Origin: the human T2T-CHM13v2.0 reference genome, Homo sapiens
NCBI RefSeq assembly: GCF_009914755.1
Contig: NC_060931.1
Strand: one strand, 5' to 3'
DNA length: 64,000 nt
Both the position numbers and the translations under genes were made by a program. The notes under the pieces were generated by a model that was not told the origin of the DNA, made no database searches, and saw nothing but the letters and a program-made list of their open reading frames with translations. This document shows positions 38,301 through 53,249 of the stretch, one piece after another. Every line of letters starts with the position of its first letter. Within the stretch, counting starts at the first letter, position 1.

Positions 38301-40311
38301 TACATGTTTCATTTATTTAAGTTAAATAAAAGGACTAGAAACAAAAACAAGAAATTGCTAACTCTGAATGATAGAAATATAAATGAGAACTATATTATTT
38401 TTCTAAACTTGGCATTTCAAGAAATTATCAAAAGAATTCAAAGTTTCTAGAAGGTAAAATAAATAAGCACGTGTTTACCATGTCAGAAGACAAAGTACAA
38501 ATTCATTTACAATACATACAGTTCAATAAATGATAGAAAAGAATTTGTTCAATAAATGGGAAGATGAATGAGCCTACTGAAAAATGAGCAAAGACAAAGA
38601 GTGGTCAATTGAAAAACACAAATTTACAAAGCCTATAACAATTAAGTAATTATATTAACAATTAAATTGCAAGGAAATTTTCTACACTAGATTGACCAAA
38701 AAAACTAAGTTTGAGGATATATATATATCTTCACCTCCACCCCATGATCCAGCTGTCCTACATCTGGACATTGGGTCCTCTTGACTATTTATATTAAATA
38801 CAAGTACAAGTGCAAGGATTTTGATTGCAACACTGTAATAAAAAACCTAGATAATCCATATAGAAATCATATTGGAACTAGTTAAATAAGTCACCGTAGC
38901 TCTATACAACATAATTCTATGCACATATTAAATGAATTAGTTAGATCTCATTTGTAAGATAAGACTGTATATTTAAAAGACAGAAAATATGTTCTTAAGT
39001 GGAAAAAGCAAGTGTGGAAGATTATGTTCATTATTACTTTTTGGTTAAAAATATACATATATAGACATAGGAAAAGTTCTAGGAAGAAAAATGTCAAATG
39101 TTAGAAGTGGTAACCTATGTGGTTAGATTGTGATAGGACCTCCATTTTGTATGTTTTATGTGTCTGTACTGTTTCATTACCTCAACAATGTAATTTTTAT
39201 ACAAATTGATAAATTTTTATTTTAAAATGTATTTAGTTTTCAAGCAGCTCTTTATCAAAGACATGGTTCTATAAGTGGCTTGGGATCCTCAGTAGAATTT
39301 CTGAAGATTTTATTTAAAGGGAGTGAGAAAGTAATAGAATAGTATGTGTTTCTTTAGGCAATGTGCTGTATAATATTTTATTGTAATCTAGAGACTTTGT
39401 GGTAATTACTAAAGTTAAAGCAGTATTACCTTAAGCTGTTGACTCCCCTCCTAAGTAAAAATAATTTTAAAGAAACAAAATAATCTATGCTTTTCCACAT
39501 GAATACAGTGTTTGAAATATTTATATATACATAAAGTAGGTCATATTTCACCCTAGTTGTCATCAATTCATCTAATTCTTGACATGATATATAATTTTTA
39601 ATGACTTGCAAAAAATTCTGGAAGAACTCTCTCCAAAATCATCTAAGCATTAAGATCAAAAGTTTTAGTGACACTAAACAGAGGCAAAACTTAAGACAAT
39701 ACTTCCTCCTTTTCTATCATAAAATAGATAAGTTTAGCTCACAAAAACACAGTACAGGCAGCAATGGAGATTTTCCATAGCATCTTTTGATACATAGTAC
39801 CGCTGCAAACTTCAACAAATTCCTAAGACATTTTAAAATTAGCAATTCAGTTACTAGCTCCAAAATAAATCATTGTATTTATGCAATGGCTGAGACAGTC
39901 TTAGGAACATGGTAGGAAGTCTCTCTGTGTCTGAGTGACTCAACAGTCTGACAGCCACCCCAAGTAATCCCCTTGAAGGTCCAAAGTCAGAATCATTTCT
40001 AAGATTTGTCATCTCTAGTAGAGTAGCTAATGTGCTCTCTTGGTCCCTTTTACTTAAGTGAATTCAATAAATGATGCTGGAAGTACTTCACTAGGTAGAG
40101 TCTGTTAATTTACTAAGAAAGGTGTTTGACTTCCCATAGAATGTACAAACTGAGTTTGTACTGAAGATTTCTCTAAGAACTGTCGTAATGCTTGGTATTT
40201 AAAGAATAACAACCAAAAAGAATACATTCAGCTGAGAGAATGGTTCATTTTAGGTGGCTTAATGAAGAAATAATTGGATACAATTTGACATTTACAATTT
40301 GATAATGATAG

Positions 40312-40694
<383 letters not shown>

Positions 40695-41815
40695 TGTTCT
40701 GCATTTTTATTATTACATAAACAGTATTCTGGAAAGGCTGGAAAATTTAAAAATTGCCTCTCATCTTATTATGTTTTCCCACTTTCTGCCTTTATGCACA
40801 TAAGTGATTATTTTACACAGTTTAATCACAACATATGCAATTTTATATGATTTTTGAATTCATTTTCCTAATGAAAAAGTGTTTCTCAATAAGCAACTTT
40901 CTTCTTAAAAATGACACAGCCATTTCAAGAGGGAAGGGTAGAAAAATATTTTAATTGAATCAGCTACTTATGAATATAGTATTTTATATTCCTTTTTGTA
41001 ATATTTTGGAATCTCAGCAAAGTCGTAGATCTTTTCCTAATTCTGCTCTCATTAAGTTACTCTGAATCAAACCCATAAGTCTGAGTCTACTCCGTAGTGC
41101 AGTATTCCTGCTGAAATACTTAGAGATTGAAGTGCATTTGTTAGACACTTGCAAATTATCATTCGCTTAATCTGTAATGTAAATGTTCGCTCTTTTTCAT
41201 TTCTAATTTTACTTGCTTGTGATTTCTCCTTTTTTTTGTTTCTTGATGGCTCACTGTCCAGTAGTGTCTCTTTTTAACAAATGTTTTTTGACTGCTTAAC
41301 AATTTTGTGATTTACAATTTCTCCTTTGATCATCTTTGTGTCTTTCATTTGACTTCCTTATATTCACTGTATTATTCCATTTATGCCTTCTTGACTTAAA
41401 AACTGATCCTTTTTCTTTTAAAAATATAAGTATTAAAAGCTACATATACTGTATCCTGAGGTGTGCGGGGATTATTTTTCAATTCTTAAAATGTGCAAAT
41501 ATGCCTTTTGATTTAAAAGTTGCTTAAAGGTACATTTTTTAATTTTGAGGATATGTTAGTTATGAATTTGTTAATGATTATATTTTGTATTTTATTGCAT
41601 TGGGTCAGACTGTAGAATGTATTTATATTTCAGGGCTAAAACAATGTTTTTGTCACTTAGTAGTCCATTTTGTAAATTTCTAAGCAAGTTTAAAAATGGT
41701 TTCTGTTATACAGGTTTTAATCATATGCATATATATGTTGTATTTATGTATATTTCACATATACATATATGTATAAACATATATATGTATATATATATTT
41801 ATCCATATTATGTAA

Positions 41816-42193
<378 letters not shown>

Positions 42194-44049
42194 AAGGTTG
42201 CTTACTTTCTTAATCTGTCTTGGGCGGGGGGTTGACAGAGGTTAATTAAAGCCTATAATCACCATTGTGTTTGTCAGTTTCTTTTTTTAACCTTCCTTTA
42301 ATTTATGCTATATGGGTTTTTGTGCAATAGAATTTGGGTATACATACTTATACCCTCATTATGACCTTTAATATTTACTACAAATTTCTTATTTATATCT
42401 CTGTTGACATAGTTTATCTTGAATCTAGCTTTGTACAATAAAAATCAACAGCAGCTTTGTTCTTGTTAGTACTTCTAGTATATTTAACCTTTCTAAATCT
42501 AAGTTAGAACCTTTCTAATTCTTATTCTAATTCTTCTAAATTAGAATCTTCTAATTCTAATAAGAACCTGTTCTTATGTTTGGTTTGAAGAAATCACACA
42601 ACATACATTCTTATACACGAAAGTGTCTGTCCATCATCTAGATTCAAACTTCCTGGAGAGCTCCATATTTATTAATTTTTGAATCCTTTAAAATTCCCAG
42701 GGCCATGCATAAAGATTGGATTTAAAATATATTTGTTAGCTGACTTGAAATGTCAAAAAGAGTGAATCATCAGCAATAGAGCTGAAAAATAATCGACAAT
42801 CCAGTGGTGATAAATTTGGGGCAGGAATTTTCCTGGCCTCCCTGGAAGCACAAAACCTCAGTTGCTACATCCTTCAACAATGTGCACCTGCTATTTCTGT
42901 ACTTGGCACAGACTAATCGGACAGACACACTTCTAGTCAATAAGAAAGAAAGCACAGTCCCTTTTCAGTCACCTTGCCTTTACTACCAATCAATCCACAG
43001 GCAGTTCTACTTTGGAACGAGAGTTTAACTGCCCTGCTTGCTTCTCCGAGATCAATGTAATGGCTGAGAACAGCAATAAAGGAATAATTCAAACAAGTTT
43101 AAAATTCAAAGAAATACAGACAATTCACAGGCCTGAGAAAGAACCGCATCCAATGTAAGACGTTCTCTCTTTCCTCATTTCACTTAAGCCTCTTGTTATC
43201 TCTGCATCCTTGTAAGTTATGCTTCACTTACTTTAAAAGTTAGTCTTCCCAAATATCCTTTGATAGACATATTTCTGAATTCTTTACAACAACTTTTGAA
43301 AGAATAAGGCTGCAGTCACTGCATTTTTCTTCCTATGCTAGGCTCAAGTAGAAACTTAAAAAACATTTAAAAAGCAACTCCAAGGGTCAGTTGGTCTATC
43401 TGTTCTACCCACAGTAAAAAGAGTTTTGCCTTGAGAACCCCGAAAAACGTGAGATGTGGTGGAGAAATGTGGATAGGTTTGTTTTGTAGAAAAAAGGATT
43501 ATATTTTTTAAAACAGCCATGTATGCTTAGAAGATAATCTACTAAGTGTTGTATTTCTGGATACAAATGGAAAAAAAAAACAATCACAGCTAGATAAAAA
43601 CCAAACACTCGACTGATAGGAAGCTACGCTGAATGAATGCTTATCAGATTACCAGAACAGGTACTCTAAGTATGAAAATGCATGGTGTCTGGTATTTGAA
43701 AAAATTCAAAAAATCTCAAGAGCGCCTATGGCTTAGGGAAAGGAATACCTCTTCTCCTCTCTCCTTCTTTTGGTAAAGAGGAAAACTAATTTTGAAAGGT
43801 CATGTTCTTTGAGTATTAGTCAGTATAGTTTTCAATACTATAAGGTATTTTTTTTCACAATATATCAAACTAATGACATTGTTTTCTGAAATCGTATCAG
43901 TCAAGCTTTGTATACTCTGGTATGAAGTAATCATGATAATAAGCTGAAGTTAAAAACAAAAATAAATGAAAAGGATGGTAGTTGGGGGAAATAGAAATGT
44001 AGCAAATAGCAAAATATAGAAATGTTTAGATTTATTATTCACTCCACTT

Positions 44050-44101
44050 TTTATTTATTTTTATTTATTTTTTATTTTTTTTTCTTTTTTCTTTTTTTTT
44101 T
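44050..44101 (-). mobile_element. Orphan poly(A) retro-insertion flanked by a TSD
   Basis: T-rich tract between direct repeats CACTCCACTT at 44040-44049 and 44103-44112. Confidence 0.7.
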
Positions 44102-44742
44102 CCACTCCACTTCTTAAATGGTTGTAACAGTAACAGGTGGAAGATAGAAAATGTTCTTTATTTCTAAAACCTTATTAGGGTTGTGAATTTTGCTCTTACA
44201 GCTTTGAAAGAAAAATTGGAAAGAAATTGAGCAATATGGTTCTCTAGTATGATATACATATATATTTGACAGAAACTAAATACATTCAAATCCAGGCAAA
44301 TGAGTATCTTTTCTTTGTAAGTGTCAAAAAATATAATTTGGTTTCCAATTCATTTATATACTTCAGGTTTCTGTATTCTTTATCACTCTTCCCAAGTTAA
44401 ATTTACAAACTTTGTGTCAGGTCACTCACTGCAGATGACTGAACAGGTGAGGAGCACTCTGGTACCAAGCACCCTTGTACATGTGTTGAAACCGCTGAGC
44501 AAGCTACAGTCTCATTTGTCAAAGTTTTCACATTCTGACAAAACTGACATTTTTATTCCAGGGATGAGAAATCTGCCCCTGGTCTTTTCTTCGTATTTAA
44601 ATTTAAAGGGGGTAGAAAGCAAATAATCTTTTTAAAAAGTGTGAACACACATCTGACAAACATTCATGCCTTTGAATAATGGACGGGTAATTTTAAATAC
44701 CCACTTAGATTCTTAGGCTCTTTAAGTCAAATGGCCCAATTG

Positions 44743-45093
<351 letters not shown>

Positions 45094-45584
45094 TGAAAAT
45101 GATGACTCTAATTCAATTCAGTGGGGCTCTCCCTAGCTTCCATGTTTTGGAGAACATCACTTTTCTACTTTTGTGCTACATACACATATACACAATAACT
45201 CTGTATACATTTTTAATTCACAATGCTTTCTAAACAAACTTCCTCTGTGGTGGTAGATCTCATATGGAACAGAATACAAACCCCACAGTTTATAGATTTG
45301 GGCTGCAGCAATACTGGCTAAAAACAGTTGTCTGGTGCTGAGTTGTATCTTCTCTGAATTCCATCAGAATTTAAGTTACAGGATGGATTTAGAAATAAAT
45401 GGCTCAAGTGGCATAATGAAAGTTGTGACTGGTGGGAAAATGCACCTAAAAGAACTGCAAATTCAATTCAAAAAATATTCAGAAATCTTACACATTTTGT
45501 GTTTTTGACCTAGGTCTTTAGGTCCTGAGGTTTTGAGGTTAAAAACAGAAAGAAACACCATCTATTCTCCATGGCAAAAACGGC

Positions 45585-46075
45585 TTGTAATCCCCCAATA
45601 TCCATTTTTCTCTTCATCCAGAAGAAGAGAACCACTGATTTTTAGCCAGATATATAGTTCCTGAGAATAGAGATAATACTTCTCAGCCTCCTTTGAAGCT
45701 AGGTAAATCCGAGAAAGTTTCGGCTAAAAAGATATATGCAGAATTTGTGTAGCAATTAAAGGAATTTTCCTTAAAGAGACAGCTGAAGCTTTTGCTTCTT
45801 TATATCTACACTGCCCCCTGGAATGTTGATGGGATGGAACTCTAGCTTCCATCTCTGACCATGAGCATGAAGGTCCCACCCAGGAATGCTCCAGGAACGC
45901 TGGAGCAGCAAGGCAGAAGAAGCATGTCCCTGACAGCTGTGTGAAGTGGAACCACGAGATCATCCCTAGACTGACCTGAATGGGCTTTCACAGGAGAAAG
46001 AAACCCTTCCTGTGTTTAAACCATTGTGATCCTGGGCCTTTGTTCTTTCAATTGGACTGAATCCTAATGGATACG
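45585..46075 (+). mobile_element. MLT1J-like MaLR LTR
   Basis: 'cccccaatatccatttttctcttc...cagcctcctttgaagctagg...ctgaatcctaatggatac'. Confidence 0.75.
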
Positions 46076-46829
46076 CTCTCAATGAAGGCGCATATTGAAG
46101 AAGTAATTACATGTGTAATGAAAATAGAAGTAAAGAGTGTTTTAGAGGCTAAGCATATTGTCTATGCATTGTCTGTCTCCACACTTACTACTAATTAAGT
46201 GGTAGAAATGACATTTTTAGAATTCATTTTCTTTGGCTCAGTAATTTCTTTTCTGAGCATTTATCCTAAGAGGACAAATCTTAAACACAGATAAAACTTC
46301 TTGCATGATGATGTCTATTACAGCGTTATTTATAATAGTAAAAGCACGCTCACTGTTCAAAGGAAACAAACACAAATTTACATTGCATTGAATATTGTGT
46401 AGGTAATAAATATATAACCATGAGGACTATATAGCAGCATATGATATGCTTCTAAGTCTGTTTTAAAACAGCATTAAAAGCTGTATATATAGCATAACTA
46501 TACACATAGGAAGAATGAGAATATATAAAAACTGCTGTTATTAGTTATATTTGAATGATATAATTACTGATATTAAATTTTAATTTTGAAGATACATCAT
46601 ATTTAATTTTTTAACATTCTAAATTTTCTTTAATGAGCATGTGCCAGCTAACATAAAAATCACGTCAAAACAAACTTAAAAAAAATTTCCCTGGCTCTAG
46701 GAAACTATCAAGATAAAATGAAATAGGGACAGTAATAAGGTCTTGCAATTACATTTAAAATAGTAACACAAGGTTAGGGTGTCTGACTTACAGTATCTCA
46801 GAGGCCTGACCTACAGTATCTCATATGAA

Positions 46830-47260
46830 AGAAACACAAGAGTTTTAGTTGACTGTAAGCTCAGTATGAGTTGATAGTGGTGTGATGTGACTATTAAAAA
46901 AGCTATTCTTAAGTGATATGGAAGAATAACCGTAAGGTTCAAAAAAGGATAGTAACAACCTATTGATCTATGTACTCATCAATCCAGTTTTAGAGCACCA
47001 TTATCAGTTCTTGGCAACACATTTTAAGAGAGACTTTGACTACTGCCACATGTCCACAGGAGAGTGTGTTGAAGGTATCTGGAGAAAATATTATATGAAG
47101 AGTCATTAAAGAAATTAGGGATATTTACCTTAAATACATGTTCACAACCAAGGCACGTTAATTGACTTCAAACATGTGGCGTGTGCTAGAAAGATCAGAT
47201 TTAGACTCCATAGTTTGAGGGATAGAATCAGATCCAATATGAAGCAAATTATGAGGCTTT
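46830..47260 (+). mobile_element. L3/CR1 fragment
   Basis: 'ttttagttgactgtaagctcagtatgagt' and 'cagttcttggcaacacattttaagagagac'. Confidence 0.7.
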
Positions 47261-47970
47261 TATGAGACATGAAGAATTTAAGACATATATTGTTTAAAAT
47301 CTTATTTTTAATTCTGTCTTCTTTCTATGACCCTTTGGGCACATATAGTCCATTTCCTCCTTGTCTATTAATGAATATTTGAATTTTTACTAAAATCAAA
47401 ATCCTATTTTGACAAGAAGGCATTAGTTAATACTTTTATTTATGAAACAATATAAACCGAACCAAACCTTGTAAATAGTAAGAGTCTTATTCAGCTCCAA
47501 GATTTTGTTGCTGAATCTGTATCTATCTGAAATACCACCCAGTCAATACCTTTAAAGTATAAACTTCTTTCAATATATTATCTTTTTTGAACTTAGCAAC
47601 AACCCTGCATCATAAAGATTATTTGATTTTTGTCCTACATATTTGTGGTCGGATTTTTCACCATGGTTTTGACTTCTTTCTCCATTTTGGTATTCTATTT
47701 CAATTGACTTAATGCAAATTCTGCCAATCTCTTTGTGGAACAAAGGAGGCCACGGGAGTGCAGGGGAAAAGACTCTCATATTAGTAAATCAGGAAATATA
47801 GGTTTCTTCAAGGCCATATAACTCAACTATGAAGCAGATGTGACTAGAACTGAGAGCCTCTGATTCCAGGCCGATTTCTGCTCTCTCACGGCTGCCCCTC
47901 CAAACTCCTATTTCTCTCCTTCTCTAGTCTAGGGTTATCACTATGAACTAGCAGATAACACAGTAAATAG

Positions 47971-48719
47971 TGATATGGACAGGAGGCAAGGAAATTCTGG
48001 GTAGAAGAGGGTGCTTCCCCGGCAAAGGCCCCCACCTCAAGCCTGGAAACCTGGTGGCCCTAAGTGGGAATAGGCATTCCTGTTTTCATGCTCAAATGTT
48101 GCCTTTTCCAAGACCACTCTGGCCTGCCACACCCCTATCCTGTGCTCATATAAACCCTAAGCTCCACAAGCAGAGGAACAGAACAGCAGCAGAAAGGTAC
48201 AGCAGAGAAGGAGAAAAGAGAAGGAGCATTTGAACATCAGGAGGTGTTTGGCTGGGGACAGTCAGAGAGGAGATTGGCTGTGGGATGGCCAAGCTCCAGG
48301 GGAAGATCATCTTCCCACTCCATCCCCTTTCCAGCTCCCCATCCATTCTGCTGAGAGCCACCTCCATCACTCAGTAAAATCCCCACGTTCACTATCCTTC
48401 AAGTCCATATGACCTGATTCTTCCTGGATGCCAGACAAGGACCCGGGTACCAAGAGGGCAGGGTGTAAAAGGATGTCACCCTAACTCTCCACTGAGCTGG
48501 TTTAACACTTAGCCATCCATGGATAGCAACTGCTAAAAGAGCACTAATTGTAACACACCTCCAGATGCTACTGTGGGGCCAGAGCCCAGAAGCACTTGGC
48601 CCAGCTCCTGCACCGGCCCATCTGCATGCCCCATGTCCTGTAAGGGGGTGTGGGCCAAGCAAATGAGCCACGCCCCTGTCACAAGTCCTGTGAGGGGGTC
48701 AGGGAACGCTCCCATTTCA
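47971..48719 (+). mobile_element. MER50-like ERV1 solo LTR
   Basis: TGATATGGACAGGAGGCA...CCCATTTCA with TG/CA termini and TATAAA near 48149; flanked by TAAATAG direct repeats. Confidence 0.85.
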
Positions 48720-50550
48720 TAAATAGATCTCCAGTAACCTCATTTAATACATCAATTTCTTGGCATTCTTAAATTCTAAGTAATTTTTCATCATGTTTAT
48801 GTTTGTCTTAACAACCTCACTTCAACTGGAATCTACAAGGTATGACTAAAGTTCAAAAAGATGGGCCAACTAGATAGGACTAAGTTTTCTGGATGCAGAG
48901 AAGAAAATTACCACCCCCATATATATGTTGTTCATGTCTGTTCTTCAGGAAGTCAAATGTAGTCAATAAACGTGACCAAGATATGTCTGCCCTTCCCCCG
49001 ACACACACACAACTTTAGAAGGATGCTGAGACATCACGTTATCTAAAGAGCATTAGATAATCTATATAAGCAGTTGTAAAACTTTAGGAAATGCAGTACT
49101 ACTGAAGTATTTGTTTTTTTGTAATGTAGGTCAAATGATTCTTCAACCCAGAGGTGTAGGCTCCCTATCCACCCCTAGGCTGCCTAGCTTTCCAGTTCAG
49201 GTACTTTTATTTGAGAAACCAGCCATATTTGACTGAATTACCATGCTGAAATCCTAGATTCTTTTCCTAGCCCTCTCACTCTAACTAGCAATTCTCTGAG
49301 ACAGAAAGTAAAAAGACTTGGGGAAAGGCACAGGCCAGAAAAGACAGCCTCAATGTTCCAAAGACATGCCATATCCCCCAACCCTACCCAGCCACCCCGA
49401 GAAAACAAGCTAGAGCCTATAGTTTACATTAATTGCTCTCTGGTTAGAGGTTACTTTTCTGGTAGGCCAGAGGCTGTTTCCAGGAGTACAGAATAAAGCC
49501 ATCATCAATCATTCATCAGTTACAATTACCATTTGCATCCATTTAATGACAGCCTGCAGTAGCTACCACCCATGAACAGTCCAAAATCAGAAACACAGAA
49601 ACATTGAGAGTGATTATAATATAATTGCCTACAAATTCTCTAACACTATCAAAGATATATGTCTCGCCCGTTCATGTTTCATTTAATGAGTAATACATGT
49701 TCTCTCCCCCGCATATCACATGCCTATAGAGGGGTAAAGGAGGGTAGAATAGCGCATGGCAACCAGAATATATGGGCCATCATATGCCAAATTTCTTCAG
49801 ACTAGAAAAGGCACAAATCCTTTGGGGTGCTCATTCCTGGGACTGTGGTTTTAAGCATGGTCTCTTTTTATGTATATAACCACATGAAGTGCATAATTAT
49901 GCAAAGCTGCCTTATATTTCCATTCATCTTCCACTCTGCTCTTGCTCATGTATCTCCCCAATCATCATCTTCCTATTGCTGTTTTTTCTTTCTTTTTTTT
50001 TTTTCAACCGGGCTTTATCTCGGCAGTTTTTACATCAGGTTCTTTTCAAAATTACACTTAGCTTTGACATTTCTACATGTTCACTTTATCCATGACACCT
50101 TTTGGGTGTCATCACAAATACTAAAGCTCTAAAGATGGTCACTGACAGGAAACTAAATGACCTTCCTTTTTTCCTGTATTCCGAAATGTCTCCTGCCTCT
50201 TTTCATAATCGTGCACACATGTGTGCATGTGTGTGTGTATGTGTGTGTGGACTCAGAATCATACCTCATTGGCCAGACATATACTGAATTGGTTTCTGTT
50301 TACTTCTTGTTGTATCATTCACATGCTTATATACTTTCTACTCTATATGGCCTAGTTTAAAGGACTTGAACCGTCTAAACGTTTGTTTTCCAATCTCTAA
50401 TTTGAAAATGCTAATAGCTATTTTATAGGGTTTTTATGATGAGTAAATAATGCCTAAGACTGCACAAGGCATTTAAATCTGCATTTAATAAAGGTTTCTT
50501 CCTCTTCCCCTTTCTCACGTGCTCAAATAAGTCAAAGCTTTCTTTTATCA

Positions 50551-50803
50551 TTTTTTATTTTCTAGAGACAGGGTCTCATTCTGACGTGCAGTGGTGCAAT
50601 CATAGCTCATTGTATCCTCAAACTCGTGGGCTCAAGCTACACCGGCACCTCAGTCTCTCGAGTAGCTAGGACTACAGGCACACATCACCACATTCAGCTA
50701 CATTTTTTAAAACAGATGGGGTCTTGCTATGTTGCCCAGGTTGGTCTTGAACTCCTGGCCTCACAAAGTGTTGGGATTATAGGCATGAGCCACCACATCC
50801 AGC
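50551..50803 (-). mobile_element. Degraded AluJ
   Basis: Reverse Alu with internal deletions. Confidence 0.85.
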
Positions 50804-52067
50804 TAAAATGGTAAACCTTTACCTGAATATTTATGTATAACACAATTTATTTTGAAAAGATATATTTAAATAATATAACACCTAGGTGATAGCAACATTA
50901 TTTTGTTGTTAAAGGATACAATTCTAGCAAGACTTAAATTGTATTAATTCACTGTAATAAGGTACAAAGACCTAGGAAAATAAGAATTTCTCTAGTTAAA
51001 TGATGCCTATGTCACATAGGCTGGCCTTGCTATTGGATGTATAAATATAGCTAAAAAACTTTGTAAGAAACTTCATGTTTTGTTACACTTCATGCTTGCC
51101 ATTTTAAAATCTTAACACATTAAATTGAAGGATGGCATGGGAGGGAGAAAAGGGGAGCAAAAAAAAAATTAACTGTCGAGTTACCTCAGATGGATTTAAC
51201 ATAATTTCTTTTGTTTTTATGGTAAAAGAATCAGTTGCTGTTTGCATCTTAGTTGAAAATACCCTCAAGGAACTTGAAAACTTTGGTCGAGACAAAGTAC
51301 TATTTTCGGTTCACTATCTCCTCCCCTTTCTCAGCCCACACTCAGATCTGTTCTTTCCCTACAACGGGTGCTGAAACCTCTGTACTCCTCAGTCCTGTTA
51401 TATATGAAGCAGCATAAAAATTGCCTTCACTGGGGTGTATGACAGGCCTATCTTTAGCCTGTAATAATATGATAATTAGGTTCCAGGATATTTTAAGTGG
51501 AAGGAGAAGGTGGGTTGCTCAGTTGCCAGGATGCTCATTCCTGCTTCCGCATGTAGATCTATATTCTCCCTCCTGCCTGGAATGTTCGTTTTCCATCTCT
51601 CTCACTTGCCTCTTTCACTTTTTCGCCTATTTATCTTAGACAATTGCTAAGGCTCAACTCAAAGGCCTTCCCAGAGCATGACCGTGATTTCTCCTATACT
51701 TATACTTCTTGCTACCTATTTTCTGAAATACATACATAACTGTATTTTGCTACATACTGTCTTCTTCATCTATGTAGATCTTATGTCTTCCAAGTGACTA
51801 TGATGCTCTTCAGATCAAACAGGATGCATGAGCACTGTGCTTGCTAGGCTTACAGGGATGAGTAATATTTATATTGATGTTTCTTAGAACTTGCAATTTT
51901 ATTTGACAGGGAAAGATGATCTCTCATGCCTTCAATGTTCAGCAATTGGATGTTTTTAGACTGTTGCAAAACTAAATAATGAACAAGTAATGTTAAAGCC
52001 AATTAAAATGGAGCTCAAATGCCTATGTGTAAGATCTAACTTGAATCAATTTACTGTTGTGTATTTT

Positions 52068-52069
<2 letters not shown>

Positions 52070-52100
<31 letters not shown>

Positions 52101-52380
52101 AGACAGTCTTCGCTCTGTCGCCCAGACTGGAGTGAGGTGGTGCGATCTCGGCTCACTGCAAGCTCCACCTCCCAGGTTCACGCCACTCTCCTGCCTCAGT
52201 CTCCTGAGTAGCTGGGACTACAGGCGCCCGCCACCATGCTCGGCTAATTTTTTTGTATTTTTAGTAGAGATGGGGTTTCACCGTGTTAGCCAAGATGGTC
52301 TTGATCTCCTGACCTCATGATCCGCCCGTCTTGGCTTTCCAAAGTGCTGGGATTACAGGCATGAGCCACCGCACCCAGCC
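52070..52380 (-). mobile_element. AluY with a ~30-nt pure tail
   Basis: AluY diagnostics 'ctgcaagctccacctcccaggttcacgcca' and 'ccgtgttagcc'. Confidence 0.95.
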
Positions 52381-53249
52381 TCAAATTAGTTTTTATGAAC
52401 ATTATCTTTACAGACTTTAAAATGCTTTGACCATGGGTATGTTATAAAACTAGAAGCCATTTAAAGATGTTTTATATAGTAAAAATGGGTTAATACACTC
52501 ATCAGCAGTTATGCATGATTATCTAAAGGAGTAATGGGATTTATGGTACATCAATTCTATAAATATATCCAACTGTTTATACAGCATTTCTTAGAGGTAA
52601 CATGCAAAATGAAATATGCAGAAAAGAACTTGAAAAAATACCCCTTGTTCACATATTTTGAGATGCGACATTAGAGTTATTTATTCATAAGAATTTCATA
52701 ATACATTAGTAAGCATGCCGCAGGATATTTTGGAAAAGTAATGAAGGCTTAATAATGCAAAATTTTTCTCCAGCCTTCTTTTCTAAGAAACAAATGAGGT
52801 GAGACTTTCATTTAAGGCTAAGACTTTAGCTCTTCCTGTTCATAATCTCATTTATCACTTCGTCCTGTGCATTTGTATATCTGCTTGTTCTTTTATGAAT
52901 CTGCTCCCGCTCCTCTGCTAGACTCTAAGCCCTCTAGAGACAGATCCAGGATTTGACCCCTTTTTGCAAGGCCTAGTGGCAGAGTGTCCATTGTAAAGTA
53001 CTTGCACATGATAAGAGGAATAAAAGCTTGCCAGACAGACAAGGGGAAAGGAAGGAGAATGAATGTGAATGATGATCTAGTTAGCACCTACTGTCTACTC
53101 AAGACTGTGCCACTATTCTACCTTGGCATTTGATCAAACTTATTAATCCGCACAGCTACGTTTACCCAAAATCTTCATGCAACATTTACTGAAAGCATCT
53201 TCACTCCTTGGCAGTTTTCTCCGCATGTCCCCAGGGAAACTCATAAACA

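Noticed and set aside
39430-39450. 21-nt minus-strand micro-exon candidate (EGSQQLK)
   Set aside because: Moderate donor (GTAATA) and no independent support.
46784-46823. 23-bp-period direct repeat CTGAC(T/C)TACAGTATCTCA
   Set aside because: An ordinary two-copy local duplication with no further structure.
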